Shown piece after piece: positions 9,496 to 18,751 of a DNA stretch of 64,000 nt. The DNA lies in the NCBI GenBank assembly GCA_964527595.1, contig CAZGPI010000002.1, positions 27,225 to 91,224 of the forward strand. Reading direction: 5' to 3'. The translations under genes were made by a program, and so were the position numbers. The DNA is from an uncultured Pseudomonadota bacterium (GTDB lineage Bacteria > Babelota > Babeliae > Babelales > RVW-14). Numbering within the stretch: position 1 is the stretch's first letter; each line of letters starts with the position of its first letter. The notes below the pieces were generated by a model. It did not search any database and was not told the origin of the DNA. It worked only from the letters and a program-made list of their open reading frames with translations.

Positions 9496-10719
9496 ATGAT
9501 AACGACAAAAAAAAGAATTGCGATTAACGCTGCTGGATTTAGCGGGTGGGGCGGAGGTATTGATTTTGTAAGAATATTGCTTAATGCATTAGCCTCCATT
9601 CCTAGCGAAACTTTTGAATATTTTATTTTTATTCAGGTTGATTCTCCTGTTTCTACTCATTATTGTTGTAAGATAGGTAAAATAATAAAAACAATTCTAA
9701 ACGTTTTGCCAGCGAAAAAACAAGAAAATGTGAATCGTCACGTTGATTTATTTTTATCAGCTTTTGAAAATATAGATGGTAATTTTAATATTATTTTTTA
9801 TCACGAGCATGAGTTAGAATATTTTTTAAAAAAATTAAACATTGATCTCTATTTACCTATTCCTCCATCCAGAAATCGGTCTTTTTTGCCTATAAAGCAA
9901 ATAGGATATCTTTACGATTTTCAGCACGAATATTATCCACAGTTTTTTTCGGCAAACGAAGTTAAAAAGCGACGGGAATGTTTTGAATTTATACTAAAAA
10001 GCTTTGATGTTATCTTAGTTAACGCGCGCGCGGTTGCTGATGATATTAAGAAGTTTTATCCTTTATGTACAAAAACGATTGTTGTTTTGCCTTTTGCGGC
10101 CGCTCCTGTTGCGCTCTGGTTTGAATCATATGATGTTAGTGAATTAAGACAAAAATATAAGTTACCACAAACTTATTTTATGATATCAAATCAATTTTGG
10201 CAGCATAAGTCGCATATTACTGCTTTCCAGGCATTAAAAATGCTTGATCGAGATGATGTTCATATTGTTTGTACCGGAAATACCAGCGATTATAGGGCTC
10301 CCGATTATTTTGGTCAATTGTCTGATGAAATTAAGCGTCTAAACTTGGGAAAGAGAATTCATTTTTTAGGGCACATCTCTAAGATTGAGCAAATAAATAT
10401 CATGAAAAATGCATTGGCTGTTTTACAACCAACTCTTTTTGAGGGAGGGCCTGGCGGCGGTAGTGTTTATGATGCTGTTGCGCTTGGCGTTCCTTCAATC
10501 GTTTCAAATATTGCCGTTAATCGGGAAATAGATGATCATACCGTTATTTTTTTTAACGTGGGTGATGCCAGTGATATGGCGGTTAAGATGGATCAAATTT
10601 TGAATGGAAATTACTTAAGGATAGCCGGTCAAGAAGCCGCGGCTAATGGCTTACGCAGGACAAAAAGCCTAAATGATGTATTGGTTAATGCTATAAATAT
10701 GGCGTTACGAGAAAAGTGA
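9496..10719 (+). CDS. GT-B fold glycosyltransferase (GT4/GT1-like)
   Basis: C-terminal LQPTLFEGGPGGGSVYDAVALGVPSIVSN matches the E-x7-E region of GT4 enzymes. Located in the glycan operon. Confidence 0.7.
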   Translation: MITTKKRIAINAAGFSGWGGGIDFVRILLNALASIPSETFEYFIFIQVDSPVSTHYCCKIGKIIKTILNVLPAKKQENVNRHVDLFLSAFENIDGNFNIIFYHEHELEYFLKKLNIDLYLPIPPSRNRSFLPIKQIGYLYDFQHEYYPQFFSANEVKKRRECFEFILKSFDVILVNARAVADDIKKFYPLCTKTIVVLPFAAAPVALWFESYDVSELRQKYKLPQTYFMISNQFWQHKSHITAFQALKMLDRDDVHIVCTGNTSDYRAPDYFGQLSDEIKRLNLGKRIHFLGHISKIEQINIMKNALAVLQPTLFEGGPGGGSVYDAVALGVPSIVSNIAVNREIDDHTVIFFNVGDASDMAVKMDQILNGNYLRIAGQEAAANGLRRTKSLNDVLVNAINMALREK

Positions 10720-10733
10720 GAGGAAGCCTTTGT

Positions 10734-11666
10734 ATGCAAACGCTAGAATTGTCGGTTGTTTGCGGGTCGTATAATCGAAACAATTTTTTTAAATTGACCA
10801 TTGATAGTATACGTAATGAGCTGGGTGGTATTGCACATGAGATTATTGTGGTTGATGGGGGATCTGATGATGGAACCCTTGAGTGGCTTGTTCAACAAAA
10901 AGATATCATAACAATTGTTCAACATAATCGTGGCATATGGAATAATAAACCTATAGAGCGGCGTTCGTGGGGCTATTTCATGAATCTTGGGTTTAAAATA
11001 GCTCAAGGTAAGTATGTGTGCATGTTGAGTGATGATTGTTTGGTTATTCCTGGTGCTATAATTAACGGAATTAAACATTTTGAAGAATCGTTGGCGCAGG
11101 GGAAATGTGTTGGCGCCATGGCATTTTATTGGCGCGATTGGTCATCAGAAGATATAAAATATCATGTAGGTTGCACGTTGGGCAGCAAGATGTATGTGAA
11201 CCATGGCATATTTCTTAATGAAGCTTTAGGGGCCGTTGACTATTGTGATGAAGAGACTTTTTTCTTTTACAATGGCGACGGCGATCTTTGTCTTAAAATG
11301 TGGCAGGCCGGATATGAGTGTATTGATGCTCCTGATTCTTATATCGAACATTATCCTCATGCAAATTTGGATATTCGCAAAACAAATTATGTGCGCTTTA
11401 AACAAGATTTAAAGAACTATCTCAAAAAATGGGAGGGGATATTCTATGATTCGCGTGTTCATGATGTTGGAAAGACGATAGAAAAGACCTATGAAGATCC
11501 ATATAAAACTGGTGAGCAATTTAAGTTTTTACATGAAAAAATTGTTCAAGAAAATCCCAAAATCATAAAGCCGATTTCAGGTTTATCTAAACTTAAGCAG
11601 CAATTTCGTTGGAAATGGCAGGCTGGAGTTCGTAAAATTCGCGCTTATATTACTTCGAAACAATAA
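10734..11666 (+). CDS. GT2 family glycosyltransferase (soluble)
   Basis: LSVVCGSYNR, VVDGGSDDGT and MLSDDC (DxD-like) motifs. ATG 10734 has GAGAGGAAG upstream; the ORF-track start is GTG 10716. Confidence 0.7.
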   Translation: MQTLELSVVCGSYNRNNFFKLTIDSIRNELGGIAHEIIVVDGGSDDGTLEWLVQQKDIITIVQHNRGIWNNKPIERRSWGYFMNLGFKIAQGKYVCMLSDDCLVIPGAIINGIKHFEESLAQGKCVGAMAFYWRDWSSEDIKYHVGCTLGSKMYVNHGIFLNEALGAVDYCDEETFFFYNGDGDLCLKMWQAGYECIDAPDSYIEHYPHANLDIRKTNYVRFKQDLKNYLKKWEGIFYDSRVHDVGKTIEKTYEDPYKTGEQFKFLHEKIVQENPKIIKPISGLSKLKQQFRWKWQAGVRKIRAYITSKQ

Positions 11667-11697
11667 CCATTTTTTTACCCTCAAGCAAACGGTATTT

Positions 11698-13464
11698 TCA
11701 TTCGTGAGCAACAAACTGTTGCTTTTCATAATCCAAGGTAATTACTAAGGGTTTTTGTTTAAGATGTTTTTGATCAAAGGTAAGGGTTAGGTCGGTGACA
11801 ATACCTAAAACACTCTGATGAACAGTTTTCGCACCGAGAGATAGATAATTATCAGATAGCGAAAAGTTTATTTTTTGTGGATTAGTTGATGTTAAGCGAA
11901 CGCTTGTTGGTGTATTGGTTATAGTAAAGTAATTTTTTGTATAGTAGGGTGCGCAGCGCATATACCAGCCAGCATGTTCTAAGACATTTGAATTATTCTG
12001 GGTGAGCATAGTTGATGGATCATAATAAACAGGATTTGTTGGAGGAGTTAAAAATAACCAGGCAGCTTGTTCGATTCCGGTACCAAATCCGTCGAGTGGA
12101 AACGCAAGAAAACATAAAGGGCGTGTACCTGAGGTGATTCGCTGGTCATTGGCGAGAGCCAAAAAGGCCTTCTTCATCGTAAAAAGTTTTGTTTCGCGGG
12201 TGCGTAAGTTTGTGTAGGTAAAGAAGGCGCATAGGCCAATAAGGGCAGTACATACAATAGTAATTATTACGTTTATGTATTTGCGGATAGGGATAGGGCG
12301 TTTCCCCCTGAAAAATGAATATATGCTTGTACTTAAAACTGCGAACAAGACAAAAAGAAATGGAGAGGCTTCGTGAAAATACCGTGGGCTATAGGCGCCA
12401 AAAAGTGATGGCCAGAGCATGAGTAGATAGCTAGCGCCGAGGAATAAAAGTAGGAATTTATGTTTATTGCGCCAAAAAAGTATTGCAATAACGAGTGTGG
12501 CAATAAGTAATAAGCTAAGGCGCAGACATTTATGTCCATAAGGGAGCCATGAGAGTGAGAGTGAATCGTAGATACAAACAAGGACTTCGTTAAAACGTGA
12601 AGTTATTTTTGAAAAAATAGTGAAGGCTGAGGATATAGTAAAATTATAGAGCAGGCCGCTCCAGCCGTCGCCCAGGTGGCTATTGCCGGCAGGCCCTCCT
12701 GCACCTCCCTGGAAAAGTTTATGAAACGGATAAAGCCATATGCGAATTGCAAGATATCCGAGTGCTGCTAAACCGTGGGCAACTGGTGCCCATGATATTT
12801 TTTTCTGATACAACCAGCAGCCGCCAAAAAGTATTGCAGGAAATACTATTGCTGTTTCACGGGTAAATAGAGCAATCGTGAAAAACAGTGTCGAAAAAAG
12901 TAAGTAAATGTATTGGCGTCGATCTAGAAAATAGTTGAGCATGATTATGGTAAGCATAAGCAACAAGACATTCAGATAATATTGAAAATTTGCTGGTGCA
13001 CCAAAGCGAAAACCAATTTGTGGGTGCAGGGCAAAAAGAAGCGCAAAAAAAAGTGCAGACGGCCAACCAGAAAACCATGTAAGGATATTGAAAAGAATGG
13101 TTGTATTGAGTGCGTGCAAAAAAACGCTTACCAAATAATAAGCGTAAGCATTAAGGCCGAAAAGCCAATAAGCACAAGCAAAATAAGCGCAATGAATTGG
13201 GCGAAAATAAACACTTAAGAAGTTTAACTTATGAATAGTTGCTGCGCCATACGGTGTATAAAATTGGTGGTGCGATGGGTAAAAGTATTTGTTAACGTTG
13301 CCTTCGATAAAATGGCTCCAAAGCGTTTGCCAGGATTGCATTGTTTTGCCCAGAGCAATGCATGAAAAATCATCACCGTTAAACCACCAGCTTGAGAAAG
13401 GGAGGCCTAAAAAGCAAAAAACAAAGAAAAAAAGCGCAAACGAAATGATAACTTTTTTATTCAT
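11698..13464 (-). CDS. GT-C-like polytopic membrane glycosyltransferase, family A paralog 1 (PMT/TMTC-like F-x-x-DD-[FW]-x-x-I loop motif)
   Basis: At least 10 TM segments. The first loop has WWFNGDDFSCIAL. Paralogous to 13467..14933 and 36169..37824, sharing the LGLPF..W.F..DD start and the SPRY/SSRY region. Contains an in-frame long-form repeat (QGGAGGPAGNSHLGDGWSGL). Confidence 0.6.
   Translation of the reverse strand: MNKKVIISFALFFFVFCFLGLPFSSWWFNGDDFSCIALGKTMQSWQTLWSHFIEGNVNKYFYPSHHQFYTPYGAATIHKLNFLSVYFRPIHCAYFACAYWLFGLNAYAYYLVSVFLHALNTTILFNILTWFSGWPSALFFALLFALHPQIGFRFGAPANFQYYLNVLLLMLTIIMLNYFLDRRQYIYLLFSTLFFTIALFTRETAIVFPAILFGGCWLYQKKISWAPVAHGLAALGYLAIRIWLYPFHKLFQGGAGGPAGNSHLGDGWSGLLYNFTISSAFTIFSKITSRFNEVLVCIYDSLSLSWLPYGHKCLRLSLLLIATLVIAILFWRNKHKFLLLFLGASYLLMLWPSLFGAYSPRYFHEASPFLFVLFAVLSTSIYSFFRGKRPIPIRKYINVIITIVCTALIGLCAFFTYTNLRTRETKLFTMKKAFLALANDQRITSGTRPLCFLAFPLDGFGTGIEQAAWLFLTPPTNPVYYDPSTMLTQNNSNVLEHAGWYMRCAPYYTKNYFTITNTPTSVRLTSTNPQKINFSLSDNYLSLGAKTVHQSVLGIVTDLTLTFDQKHLKQKPLVITLDYEKQQFVAHE
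12651..12712 (-). repeat. GC-rich stem-loop repeat, long form, copy 4 (in-frame inside GT-C-like gene)
   Basis: The reverse complement reads CCAGGGAGGTGCAGGAGGGCCTGCCGGCAATAGCCACCTGGGCGACGGCTGGAGCGGCCTGC. It has 3 differences from copy 6 over about 58 nt. Confidence 0.9.
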
Positions 13465-13466
13465 GG

Positions 13467-14933
13467 TTATTTGGTGTTACTTAAAATATGAAACTGTTGT
13501 TTTTTATTGTCCCAGGCAATGAATAATGGATTGAATTTTTGATACTTTGCTTCAAGAGGTTCTTGGGCGATATTAAAAACAGGATGACTGCTATCTCCTC
13601 GCAATAGCCAAATTGCTTGTGCGCAGGCACCAAAAAGATGCGGTTCTTGAGGAAGATTAATAAAACAAATAGCACGATTTGTGGTGCGGCTATCTTTGGC
13701 GAGTGAGGTGAATGCTTGGGTGACGGGGTGATATAATTGTTCACGCCTTTTTAGGTCATGAAATAAAAATATACCATTTACTATTGTAGCGGTAATGATA
13801 GCGACAAGCAGGAGTTTCTTGGTAATGGTTTTGAGCTTTTGGATTGGCAAAAGAACGATTACAAGCATTATGAAAAGGGGAATCGCTATGTAATAATAGC
13901 GGGGTTGGTTATGCATTAGCAATGCCGGCCAGCCAAAGAGTGGAATGCTGAATGCTAAAAACAGAGCAACCATTTTTTTATTTGTTTTAGTAAAAAACCA
14001 TAGCAGCAGAAGACAAATGCTAAAAATTAAAAATCCTTTGAACCAAGGGGTATTTTTTGGCAAAGCGGTTAACCCAAAAACATCAGAGATGAAGGTTATG
14101 AAATCAAAAGCGCGGCTTAACATGCGCGTTTTGAAAGATAGCCATGTTGGTTCAAAGGTGAGGGTTGCGGTATTTGAGGTTAAAGGGAAAAAGTGTAGCC
14201 GAGCAATGAAATAAAAAAAGGTAATCGCAAAAAATGGAAGTGATACGAGTATCGCTCGTTGTAGGCAATTCAGCAAAGAGAGTGAACTTTTGAGGATTTC
14301 TTTTTCATAAAGTGGTATGGCAAAAAGAAGCCACAGAGGTAAAAAGAAGGTTTGCTCATGCAAAAAAATGTTTGTACAAAAAAGGGCGCAGGCAAAAAGA
14401 TAAGCCCATTTTTTTTTGTGATCTAGATATGATTTAAGTAAAAGAATAATGCAAAGTAATATGAAAAGCTCGATTTGATATGTTTGGGCACTTATCCACC
14501 CAAGCCAGGTCCATAAACTTGGATGAAATCCAAAAAAAAGTGCTGCAAAAAAGGCAATTGGTATGCTGGTAAATAGCGAATATAGATTAAAAATAAGGAT
14601 TGCAGAGAGCGCATGAATAGCTATTGTTATCAAAAAATAGCCATAAGGATGTGCGGCGAAGAATATATATTGAGGGATGAGATAAACTAATGACATTGGG
14701 CGATAGAGGCCACAAAAAAAAGCTGTTTTTGTGGCCTCTGCGTTAGATGGCCAATAAAAAGCATCAAGGCTTTGTCCATCGGTGAAAAAAGTAATAACAT
14801 CTTGCCATGTTGTTATGACACTATGAAAAATATTTCCCCAATCATCAGATCTGAATCCCCATTTTGTGAATGGAATACCGAGTATGCAGAAAATAAGAAG
14901 AAAAAGGATGATTGATAGATACCGTTTTTTCAT
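13467..14933 (-). CDS. GT-C-like polytopic membrane glycosyltransferase, family A paralog 2
   Basis: LGIPFTKWGFRSDDWGNIF first-loop motif and many TM segments. Tandem with paralog 1. Confidence 0.6.
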   Translation of the reverse strand: MKKRYLSIILFLLIFCILGIPFTKWGFRSDDWGNIFHSVITTWQDVITFFTDGQSLDAFYWPSNAEATKTAFFCGLYRPMSLVYLIPQYIFFAAHPYGYFLITIAIHALSAILIFNLYSLFTSIPIAFFAALFFGFHPSLWTWLGWISAQTYQIELFILLCIILLLKSYLDHKKKWAYLFACALFCTNIFLHEQTFFLPLWLLFAIPLYEKEILKSSLSLLNCLQRAILVSLPFFAITFFYFIARLHFFPLTSNTATLTFEPTWLSFKTRMLSRAFDFITFISDVFGLTALPKNTPWFKGFLIFSICLLLLWFFTKTNKKMVALFLAFSIPLFGWPALLMHNQPRYYYIAIPLFIMLVIVLLPIQKLKTITKKLLLVAIITATIVNGIFLFHDLKRREQLYHPVTQAFTSLAKDSRTTNRAICFINLPQEPHLFGACAQAIWLLRGDSSHPVFNIAQEPLEAKYQKFNPLFIAWDNKKQQFHILSNTK

Positions 14934-15922
14934 AGACAGGCCGTTTCCAGCCTGCGCCCTATCGTGGCTACGGCGGACAAGCCCTTCTGTGCAGGCTGTC
15001 CATTAAAACTAAGTTCCATGATCGTTTGTGATATTTGTTCAACAGTTAATCCAGCCATTGAGAGAAGGTCTTTACGTGTTCCCGTTGTGTGGAAGTAAAA
15101 ATCATTTATGCCAAACATTTTAAAAATAATATGATGATCGATTTGTTGACTTATGATTGATGCCACCGCCTCGCCAAGCCCGCCAATAACACTATGTTCT
15201 TCGATGGTAAATAGTGCTTTTAGTGTGCCACTTTTATTAATGAAATAATTGGCATCAAGTGGTTTAATAGTATGAACGCTTGCAAGGCCGATAGAAATTC
15301 CTTGTTGATTTAAATAGCTACAAACTAAGAATGCAAGGTCGAGCGCATTACTTGAGGCAAGAATGAGCTGATTTTCATTTGGTATTATGTCTAAAATTTT
15401 ACCCAGTGTTACGGGTTCTTTTTCGTTATATTGGACGAGTTCTTCATTATTTGAAAGACGCAGATATGCCGGGCCTTGATGATTTACAAATTGGGGCATA
15501 AGCTGTGCCGCTTCATATTTGCTTCCTGGTGCAATAACGGTCATTTCTGGCAAGGCGCGCATAATAGCTACATCTTCAACTGCGTGGTGAGATAATCCAT
15601 ATTGGGCATAACTGAATCCGCCGCCAACGCCAACTAATTTAATGGGTAGGTTTTGATAGCAAATATCAATTCGAATTTGTTCAAAGCAGCGCATGGTGAT
15701 AAAAGGGATGGTTGAATAAGCAAACACTTTCTTACCCGTTATAGCGAGGCCTGCGGCGAGGCCAATCATGTTTTGTTCAGCAATGCCGGCATTGATAAAT
15801 CGTGTTGGAAATTTTTCTTTAAATTCTTCGACGACAGAGAATCCGACATCACCAACAACTAAATAAATAGTTTCGTCTTGTTCGGCCGCTTGTGTGAGAT
15901 ATTTAATAAACGTAGTACGCAT
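14930..15922 (-). CDS. Transketolase-family TPP enzyme, C-terminal (pyrimidine-binding) subunit
   Basis: FINAGIAEQNMIGLAAGLA and SHHAVEDVAIMRALP are typical of the split transketolase / DXS-like C-terminal half. The last ~25 aa (NGQPAQKGLSAVATIGRRLETACL) are encoded by a repeat copy. Confidence 0.85.
   Translation of the reverse strand: MRTTFIKYLTQAAEQDETIYLVVGDVGFSVVEEFKEKFPTRFINAGIAEQNMIGLAAGLAITGKKVFAYSTIPFITMRCFEQIRIDICYQNLPIKLVGVGGGFSYAQYGLSHHAVEDVAIMRALPEMTVIAPGSKYEAAQLMPQFVNHQGPAYLRLSNNEELVQYNEKEPVTLGKILDIIPNENQLILASSNALDLAFLVCSYLNQQGISIGLASVHTIKPLDANYFINKSGTLKALFTIEEHSVIGGLGEAVASIISQQIDHHIIFKMFGINDFYFHTTGTRKDLLSMAGLTVEQISQTIMELSFNGQPAQKGLSAVATIGRRLETACL
14935..15000 (-). repeat. GC-rich stem-loop repeat, diverged long form, copy 5 (3-prime tail of the transketolase C-subunit gene)
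   Basis: The reverse complement reads GACAGCCTGCACAGAAGGGCTTGTCCGCCGTAGCCACGATAGGGCGCAGGCTGGAAACGGCCTGTC. It aligns with the long-form core (AGGGCTTG.CCG.C.TAGCCAC...GGGCG.A.GGCTGGAAACGGCCTG). Confidence 0.7.
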
Positions 15923-16794
15923 TATTGCTCCAATTCTTTTTTGGCTTGAACGTACAATTCAGGATTTAATGAACGATAATGCCATTCGACTTTATTTTCG
16001 GTAAAAGAAAGCCCTTTTCCCTTTATGGTATGGGCGAGAATGACTAATGGCTTTTGACTTTTTTCACGCTGATTAACAGCATCTATAATTTGGCAATAAT
16101 CATGTCCATCGATTTCAATTGTTGAGCAACCAAAGGCGTTAAACATCGTTGAAAGGTTTCCTGTCATTATGTCATCGGTCTTATCGATTGCTTGTAACTT
16201 ATTATAATCAACAATAATAGTAAGATTATTAAGATGATAGCGGCTTGCAACCATAAGAGCTTCCCATATGGCGCCTTCCTGACATTCACCGTCGCCAACA
16301 ATGACATAAACATGATTAGATTTATGGTCGTTTTTTAGCGCAAGTGCGCAGCCAACACCCATCGACAATCCGTGCCCAAGAGAGCCAGTACTTGCCTCAA
16401 TGCCTGGAAATGATCCCTTGGTTGGTTGTCCGCCCAATTTGCTGCCTTTTTTGTTATACGATAAGGCCAACTCTTTTGACATGCAACCAGCGGTCATGAG
16501 TGTAGCGTAAAGGGCTGAAACTGCATGCCCTTTGCTGAGGATAACGTAATCACGATCGACATTCTGGCTTTTTATATGTTTGACATTAATTATTTGATGG
16601 TATAAAACGGTTAAAATTTCGACGATCGAAAATGCCGATGCCAAATGCGAACATTGCGCCGATGTGAGCATCTCAATGATTAAAAGCCTGGTTTCTTTAG
16701 CATATTGAGAGAGATGATTAAGGCATTGCGGATTGATTTTGTTGGGCGTTAATGATTGAATCATTAATGATTTCTCCTTTATGATAAAATTCAA
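15922..16794 (-). CDS. Transketolase-family TPP enzyme, N-terminal (TPP-binding) subunit
   Basis: SKGHAVSALYA, GSLGHGLSMGVG and GDGECQEGAIWEA...NNLTIIVDYN (the GDG-x(25-30)-N TPP motif). The start overlaps the upstream SDR gene. Confidence 0.85.
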   Translation of the reverse strand: MNFIIKEKSLMIQSLTPNKINPQCLNHLSQYAKETRLLIIEMLTSAQCSHLASAFSIVEILTVLYHQIINVKHIKSQNVDRDYVILSKGHAVSALYATLMTAGCMSKELALSYNKKGSKLGGQPTKGSFPGIEASTGSLGHGLSMGVGCALALKNDHKSNHVYVIVGDGECQEGAIWEALMVASRYHLNNLTIIVDYNKLQAIDKTDDIMTGNLSTMFNAFGCSTIEIDGHDYCQIIDAVNQREKSQKPLVILAHTIKGKGLSFTENKVEWHYRSLNPELYVQAKKELEQ

Positions 16795-17713
16795 GATGAT
16801 TTTTAAACCAGGTCAGAGATTTTTTAAGCCCCTTGGCTAGATTATAATGAGGGTGCCAATTAAGAACTTGTTGAGCAAGTGCATTGTCCGCTTTCCATTG
16901 CTTTGGTTCCCATGGGCGTGTTTCTGATGCGTTCCATTGAACAATGATTTTTTTGTCGCTCATCGATTGGGCGGTATTGATGACATCTTGGATAGATGAC
17001 TGAATTCCTGTCCCTGCGTTAAATACAAAATGGGTTCGTGGAAGTTGCTTGGTTATTGCAATATACATATCAACCATATCTTCTATATAGATAAAGTCTC
17101 TGACATAAGAAGGTGAAGAAAGTTGGATTGGTTTTTCTGCAATTGCATTAACAAGAACCGTTGGAATAAGTCGTGTTGGTGCTTCATAATCGCCATAAAC
17201 CGAAAATGGGCGTACGGTATAGATTGGTAATTTATTAGATACTGCCTCTTTAAGGCAGAATTGTGTTGCGGCCGCTTTGGCAACACCATAGTCACTTACC
17301 GGTTCCAAGATGAGGTCTTCTTTCATAGGGCAACTTTTCATGCCATATTCTGATGAGCTTCCGGTATTGATGAAACATTCAAAGCCAACTTCTTTGCAGA
17401 CATTTACGAGGTTTTTTGTACTGTCAAAATTAACGTAATAAATTGAATCTTGGTCATCTTGTTGAGGCATGCCGCCATAAGATGCGAGGTGGAAAATCAA
17501 TTCAGGCTTGATTGTTTTGACAAGTGTATTAATTTTTTCAAAATTGCTGATGTCTATTTCATGTATGGTTATTTGGCTAAGGATGTTGGTTAATCGCCAG
17601 AGCGGAGAATTTTTTTCAATTACGACATGAATATGATATCCGGATGTAAGTAATTTTCTGATCAAGTTGGCGCCAATAAAGCCGGCGCCGCCGGTAACAA
17701 GACATATTTTCAT
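16718..17713 (-). CDS. NAD-dependent sugar epimerase/reductase (extended SDR)
   Basis: MKICLVTGGAGFIGANL Rossmann start and YGVAKAA (YxxxK). Sits between the CDP-hexose genes and the split transketolase. Confidence 0.8.
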   Translation of the reverse strand: MKICLVTGGAGFIGANLIRKLLTSGYHIHVVIEKNSPLWRLTNILSQITIHEIDISNFEKINTLVKTIKPELIFHLASYGGMPQQDDQDSIYYVNFDSTKNLVNVCKEVGFECFINTGSSSEYGMKSCPMKEDLILEPVSDYGVAKAAATQFCLKEAVSNKLPIYTVRPFSVYGDYEAPTRLIPTVLVNAIAEKPIQLSSPSYVRDFIYIEDMVDMYIAITKQLPRTHFVFNAGTGIQSSIQDVINTAQSMSDKKIIVQWNASETRPWEPKQWKADNALAQQVLNWHPHYNLAKGLKKSLTWFKNHLEFYHKGEIINDSIINAQQNQSAMP

Positions 17714-18741
17714 AGAGATCCTTCGTTATGGAAAATTGTCGATGCTGGTAAAATTGTGGTTATGGTGGCAGCTTCATAAAAAGATGATTGAGGGATAGCT
17801 TTTTGAGCGCTGCTTTGTTGCATGATTTCACGAATTACGTAAGGTGGTCTGCCTTTTACTTCTTCAAAAATTTTGATGAGGTATTCGCCAAGTGTTGCAA
17901 GTGCTAGCAGTTGAATGGTACCGAAAATAAACATGGTCATGAGTAAGGTCGAAAATCCTTTAGGGGCGCCATATTTAAAGTGCCAATAGAGAAATGTTCC
18001 TGCTGCACCGACGGTAACAAATACGGCGGCCATAGCCAGCCGAGATATATACACAAGGGGCTTATAGGAGAAATTTACGATGGCTTTTTTTGCCCACATA
18101 AAGTTTGCCATGAAACTATTGCTCGATTTTCCGGCCGCGCGTTCTTCTCTTGTGTATTCAATTCCCGTCTGTTTAAATCCTGCCCAGGTGCGTAGACCAC
18201 GAATATAAAGATCTTTTTCTGGTAAATGTTTGAGCACATTAACTACCTTTTTATCAAGCAAGCTAAAGTCACCAGAATCAAGTGGAATGTCGAGATAAGA
18301 AAGTTGTTTGAAAACGCGGTAGAAGCACTTATAGCCTATTCTTCGCAAAAAACCATTATCTTTACGCTTTTTTGCAATTCCATAAAGAACGTCAAAGCCA
18401 GCTTCCCATTGAGCGATAAATTGTGGAATTATTTCTGGTGGGTCTTGAAGCGCACCCGACATAATCAGAACTCCGTCACTTTGCGCAAATCGAAATCCTG
18501 CAAGAATGCTTGGTTGATTGGAGCCAAAATTGCGTGACATGAAAATGGCTTTAACGTGAGCATCGCTGGCGATTGTTTCTTGGAGTATGTTATATGAATC
18601 ATCGGTGCTCGCGTTATCGATAAAGACGAGTTCGTAGTCATAAGCAGGAAGTGTGTGCATGACTAATGTAACGCGGTGATGAAGATTTTTTATGTTCTTT
18701 TCTTGATTATAACAAGTTGCAATAATTGATATTTTTTTCAC
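17710..18741 (-). CDS. GT2 polyprenyl-phosphate glycosyltransferase (Dpm1/GtrB/ArnC-like), second copy
   Basis: ISIIATCYNQEKNI, IDNASTDDS and the SGALQDP region, plus C-terminal TM helices. I prefer GTG 18741 as the start. The ORF-track start at 18846 reads through a repeat and overlaps rfbG by about 95 nt. Confidence 0.75.
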   Translation of the reverse strand: MKKISIIATCYNQEKNIKNLHHRVTLVMHTLPAYDYELVFIDNASTDDSYNILQETIASDAHVKAIFMSRNFGSNQPSILAGFRFAQSDGVLIMSGALQDPPEIIPQFIAQWEAGFDVLYGIAKKRKDNGFLRRIGYKCFYRVFKQLSYLDIPLDSGDFSLLDKKVVNVLKHLPEKDLYIRGLRTWAGFKQTGIEYTREERAAGKSSNSFMANFMWAKKAIVNFSYKPLVYISRLAMAAVFVTVGAAGTFLYWHFKYGAPKGFSTLLMTMFIFGTIQLLALATLGEYLIKIFEEVKGRPPYVIREIMQQSSAQKAIPQSSFYEAATITTILPASTIFHNEGSL

Positions 18742-18751
18742 AAAGCGGTCC